From an uncultured virus (IMG/VR IMGVR_UViG_3300006484_000009) (taxonomy: Duplodnaviria; Heunggongvirae; Uroviricota; Caudoviricetes): 64,000 nucleotides of DNA. Both the position numbers and the translations under genes were made by a program. Where the stretch lies: the IMG/VR virus record IMGVR_UViG_3300006484_000009; one strand, written 5' to 3'. Below the pieces are notes generated by a model that was given only the letters and a program-made list of their open reading frames with translations, made no database searches and had not been told where the DNA came from. Below are positions 61,469 through 64,000 of the stretch, piece after piece (position 1 is the stretch's first letter; each line of letters opens with the position of its first letter).

Positions 61469-61804
61469 TTATATAAATCTATTTATTAAATCTTCCTCCA
61501 GAAAAGTTTCAATCTGTGGTTTAATTACCCAAAATAGGTGATTATCTGTACAAAACTTATCGATTATATCAAGCATAACTAAATTAGGATTTTCACCATC
61601 AGTAATTCTATATTTAACTTCCTCAAAAGAATTATATTTTCCAATACTAACCAAACCATTCATAATTATATTGTATATTTCCCATCTATCCATATCTTTC
61701 TCATTCGAGTCCCACATGGAGTTTATTGCAAAATTTCTATATAGCTTGTCAAGCCTACTAAATTTGCCAGAACTAGTTTTAATTGTTAAATTAAATTCTT
61801 TCAT
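61469..61804 (-). CDS. Hypothetical protein (paralog of 61886-62206)
   Basis: EVKYRITDGENPN vs ELQYKLTDNIPPN. Confidence 0.75.
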   Translation of the reverse strand: MKEFNLTIKTSSGKFSRLDKLYRNFAINSMWDSNEKDMDRWEIYNIIMNGLVSIGKYNSFEEVKYRITDGENPNLVMLDIIDKFCTDNHLFWVIKPQIETFLEEDLINRFI

Positions 61805-61885
61805 CTGTCTACTATTTTAGTGTTTGTTATTAATGATAAATATCAACACACACTAGCTAAATCTATAAAATTGATTATATTTTCT

Positions 61886-62206
61886 TTAGAAATTGTTAAT
61901 TTTATTATACAATCTATAAAGTTCTGGACTTAAGTTTTTTAACTCATTTAAAACCTGGATACATGCCTCATTTGGTGGGATATTATCGGTTAATTTATAT
62001 TGCAATTCCTTAACCTTAAGGGCATCTTTTATATTATATTTTAATTCTAAAATAACTTGATTGTAAGTGGCCCATTCATTTTTGGTTTTTAAATCACCAT
62101 TGAATAAATTTTCAGTTATTTTATCTTCATATGCATGCTCTAAATAAGTATCAAATGGGCCATATACTTCCCTTAATTTTTCCCTTATTTTGGCGTTAAT
62201 GTTCAC
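61886..62206 (-). CDS. Hypothetical protein
   Basis: ORF track (GTG start). Confidence 0.7.
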   Translation of the reverse strand: MNINAKIREKLREVYGPFDTYLEHAYEDKITENLFNGDLKTKNEWATYNQVILELKYNIKDALKVKELQYKLTDNIPPNEACIQVLNELKNLSPELYRLYNKINNF

Positions 62207-62216
62207 AACATCTATC

Positions 62217-62561
62217 TTACTTTAGTGTTATATTTTTAGATAACATACCATCTTTAATTTCATCACGGTACCAATCATCAATTACTTGCTTAAGAAATTC
62301 TTCACCACAAATTCCATGGTAGGTATACTTAAAATAATCTAAAAGGTCTTTAGCGTTAATTATGCTATCATCAGCTTTGACTTTAAATCTAGGTTGTTCA
62401 TTATAGTCATGATAATCTTTCACTATAGCAGTTACCTTTTCGTAGTTGTTATTTAAGTTATCTAAAACTTCATCCAATACAATATGATAATCCCCTTCCT
62501 TAATCAAGGGTTTTATAATTTTATTATACTGCGATTCCGTTATTATAATTTTCTTTATCAT
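62217..62561 (-). CDS. Hypothetical late protein
   Basis: Start placed at MIKKIIITESQ, just after the ATATTTAT at 62568-62575. Confidence 0.75.
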   Translation of the reverse strand: MIKKIIITESQYNKIIKPLIKEGDYHIVLDEVLDNLNNNYEKVTAIVKDYHDYNEQPRFKVKADDSIINAKDLLDYFKYTYHGICGEEFLKQVIDDWYRDEIKDGMLSKNITLK

Positions 62562-62585
62562 TATAATATAAATATCAGTATAAAA

Positions 62586-62610
62586 CAAAAAAAGCGGGAA
62601 AACCCGCTTT
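62586..62610 (-). terminator. Intrinsic terminator
   Basis: AAAGCGGG-AAAA-CCCGCTTT with a T-tract on the minus strand. Confidence 0.8.
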
Positions 62611-62613
62611 AAA

Positions 62614-62922
62614 TTATTCTATAAAAATCCTTAAACCCTCAAGGGTTTGTGAACCAGATATTCGTCTATCAACATTACCACCCTTAAATAATACTAATGT
62701 TGGGATACTCCTAATTTGATACTGTAATGCTAATGAGTTATTATCATCAACGTTAAGCTTTACGACCACAACTGAGTCAGTTTCATTTGCTAGGTCTTCT
62801 AATAATGGACCAATCGTTTTACAAGGTCCACACCATGGGGCCCAAAAATCTACTAAAACTGGTTTAGCTGATTTCAACACTAATTCTTCAAAATTAGTTA
62901 AATTTACTTCTTGTACTTTCAT
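62614..62922 (-). CDS. trxA: Thioredoxin
   Basis: VDFWAPWCGPC, IRSIPT. Confidence 0.95.
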   Translation of the reverse strand: MKVQEVNLTNFEELVLKSAKPVLVDFWAPWCGPCKTIGPLLEDLANETDSVVVVKLNVDDNNSLALQYQIRSIPTLVLFKGGNVDRRISGSQTLEGLRIFIE

Positions 62923-62935
62923 AACTTTTTATTTA

Positions 62936-63283
62936 TTAAATATTTTTAGATGCACTAAAAACTGTATTTACTAAAGATATTGATTCATAAGATTTTTCCC
63001 AAACCTTATCATTTAAAAAATCATACATATAATTTGCTGATTCTTCATTTGTCAAACCAAAAAAAATTGATAACCTACCCAAAACCTTATTTAATATTAA
63101 ATTATCAGTTTTACTAAATGGTAAACTAAATATCATTTTATCAGATAATGATTTACACATATTTCTAAATGTTTGGTAACCCAAAGCACGAGTAGACCTG
63201 TTAATCGATGTTGAACTAAATCTAAACTCATCGTATAAAAAATCACAAATATGGTATAAAACAATCTTGTCAAACTTATTCAT
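62936..63283 (-). CDS. Hypothetical protein
   Basis: ORF track. Confidence 0.7.
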   Translation of the reverse strand: MNKFDKIVLYHICDFLYDEFRFSSTSINRSTRALGYQTFRNMCKSLSDKMIFSLPFSKTDNLILNKVLGRLSIFFGLTNEESANYMYDFLNDKVWEKSYESISLVNTVFSASKNI

Positions 63284-63369
63284 TAGGTTGATATTTTTAT
63301 TTTTTTAAAATTACTATTTAAAATTTAAAAAAACATATTTATTTAAGTAAAATGTTATAATTAAAATGG

Positions 63370-63681
63370 ATGAGGAAGTTAAGACCACAGAAAAAGACGA
63401 ATGGGAAGAGTTTGGTGACCATACCATCACTAGTTTCTGATAATATAATAAATAATCTGGTATTTAAATACCTGAAAAATGTTTATCCAATATTACGAAT
63501 AAAAATAGATGGAAAGTTTAAAAGAGCTATAATGGTTAACAGTATTTGTTATTCAGTATCCCAACATAAAAATAGTTTTATCCCAACGATAGTTAACGAC
63601 ATATCTAGAACATTCGATTTAGAACATATCGATTCCAAATCAGTTGTATTCGATTACTTCAAATTTAAAACTTACCTGTAG
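63370..63681 (+). CDS. Hypothetical protein
   Basis: ORF track. Confidence 0.65.
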   Translation: MRKLRPQKKTNGKSLVTIPSLVSDNIINNLVFKYLKNVYPILRIKIDGKFKRAIMVNSICYSVSQHKNSFIPTIVNDISRTFDLEHIDSKSVVFDYFKFKTYL

Positions 63682-63814
63682 TGTTATAAAGGTATAAAGA
63701 CCTTAAATAATATAGGAAGAATAAAATTCCAGCCATAAAGGAAAACGTTGTTTTAGCTGAATAGATAACATATAATGATATTATTATCATCGTGTGGTAA
63801 AATAATTTGTTCAT
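63665..63814 (-). CDS. Small two-helix membrane protein (49 aa)
   Basis: MNKLFYHTMIIISLYVIYSAKTTFSFMAGILFFLYYL...; not in ORF track. Confidence 0.5.
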   Translation of the reverse strand: MNKLFYHTMIIISLYVIYSAKTTFSFMAGILFFLYYLRSLYLYNTTGKF

Positions 63815-63816
63815 AA

Positions 63817-63999
63817 TCACCAAGATTCTATTTTTTTAAATTTTAACTCTGAAATGTATGTGTAATTTTGGTTGTCTATTGACGTATAACCCTCTTGAAT
63901 ATAGAAATACACAGTCGAATCAGAATAGTCGCATATAGTGGCTGTAATTGGCCTAGAAGAACCACCCATTTGCATATTAGCAGATGTTGATTGTGGATT
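63817..63999 (-). CDS. C-terminal part of a gene starting beyond the window
   Basis: Open frame ...NPQSTSANMQMGG...KKIESW* ending at TGA 63817. Confidence 0.55.
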   Translation of the reverse strand, partial: NPQSTSANMQMGGSSRPITATICDYSDSTVYFYIQEGYTSIDNQNYTYISELKFKKIESW

Positions 64000-64000
64000 T

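Noticed and set aside
1..64000. tRNA, rRNA, integrase or IS elements
   Set aside because: No cloverleaf, rRNA-like or transposase/integrase motifs seen by eye; intergenic gaps are short. tRNAscan was not run.

Overview
AT-rich 64 kb segment of a large T4-like (myovirus-type, probably jumbo) dsDNA phage. The host is most likely a Bacteroidota species: TAnnTTTG promoter elements are present and there are no Shine-Dalgarno sequences. In order, it carries tail fibre genes, a ~21 kb glycosylation and nucleotide-sugar island (about 11 glycosyltransferases, Gmd, DegT aminotransferase, acetyltransferase, WecB, FkbM), PhoH, a gp55-like sigma factor, baseplate-like genes, the T4-type head module (gp23, gp22, gp21, gp20, gp17), ThyA, ClpC, thioredoxin and other accessory genes. 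The most notable signal is at 7318-7420. A glycosyltransferase reading frame is broken by GGC-TGA-A-GGT (matched Gly codons flanking a stop) and framed by two hairpins, directly downstream of a free-standing endonuclease. This looks like a miniature, independent analogue of the T4 mobA/gene 60 ribosomal-bypass cassette. A second candidate recoding site (a -1 shift on an A10 run plus hairpin, ~50780) would fuse two head-region genes. Other signals are an ATATTTAT late-promoter motif upstream of about 18 genes and a small protein carrying copies of the capsid N-terminus. All annotations come from motif recognition by eye; no database searches were run.
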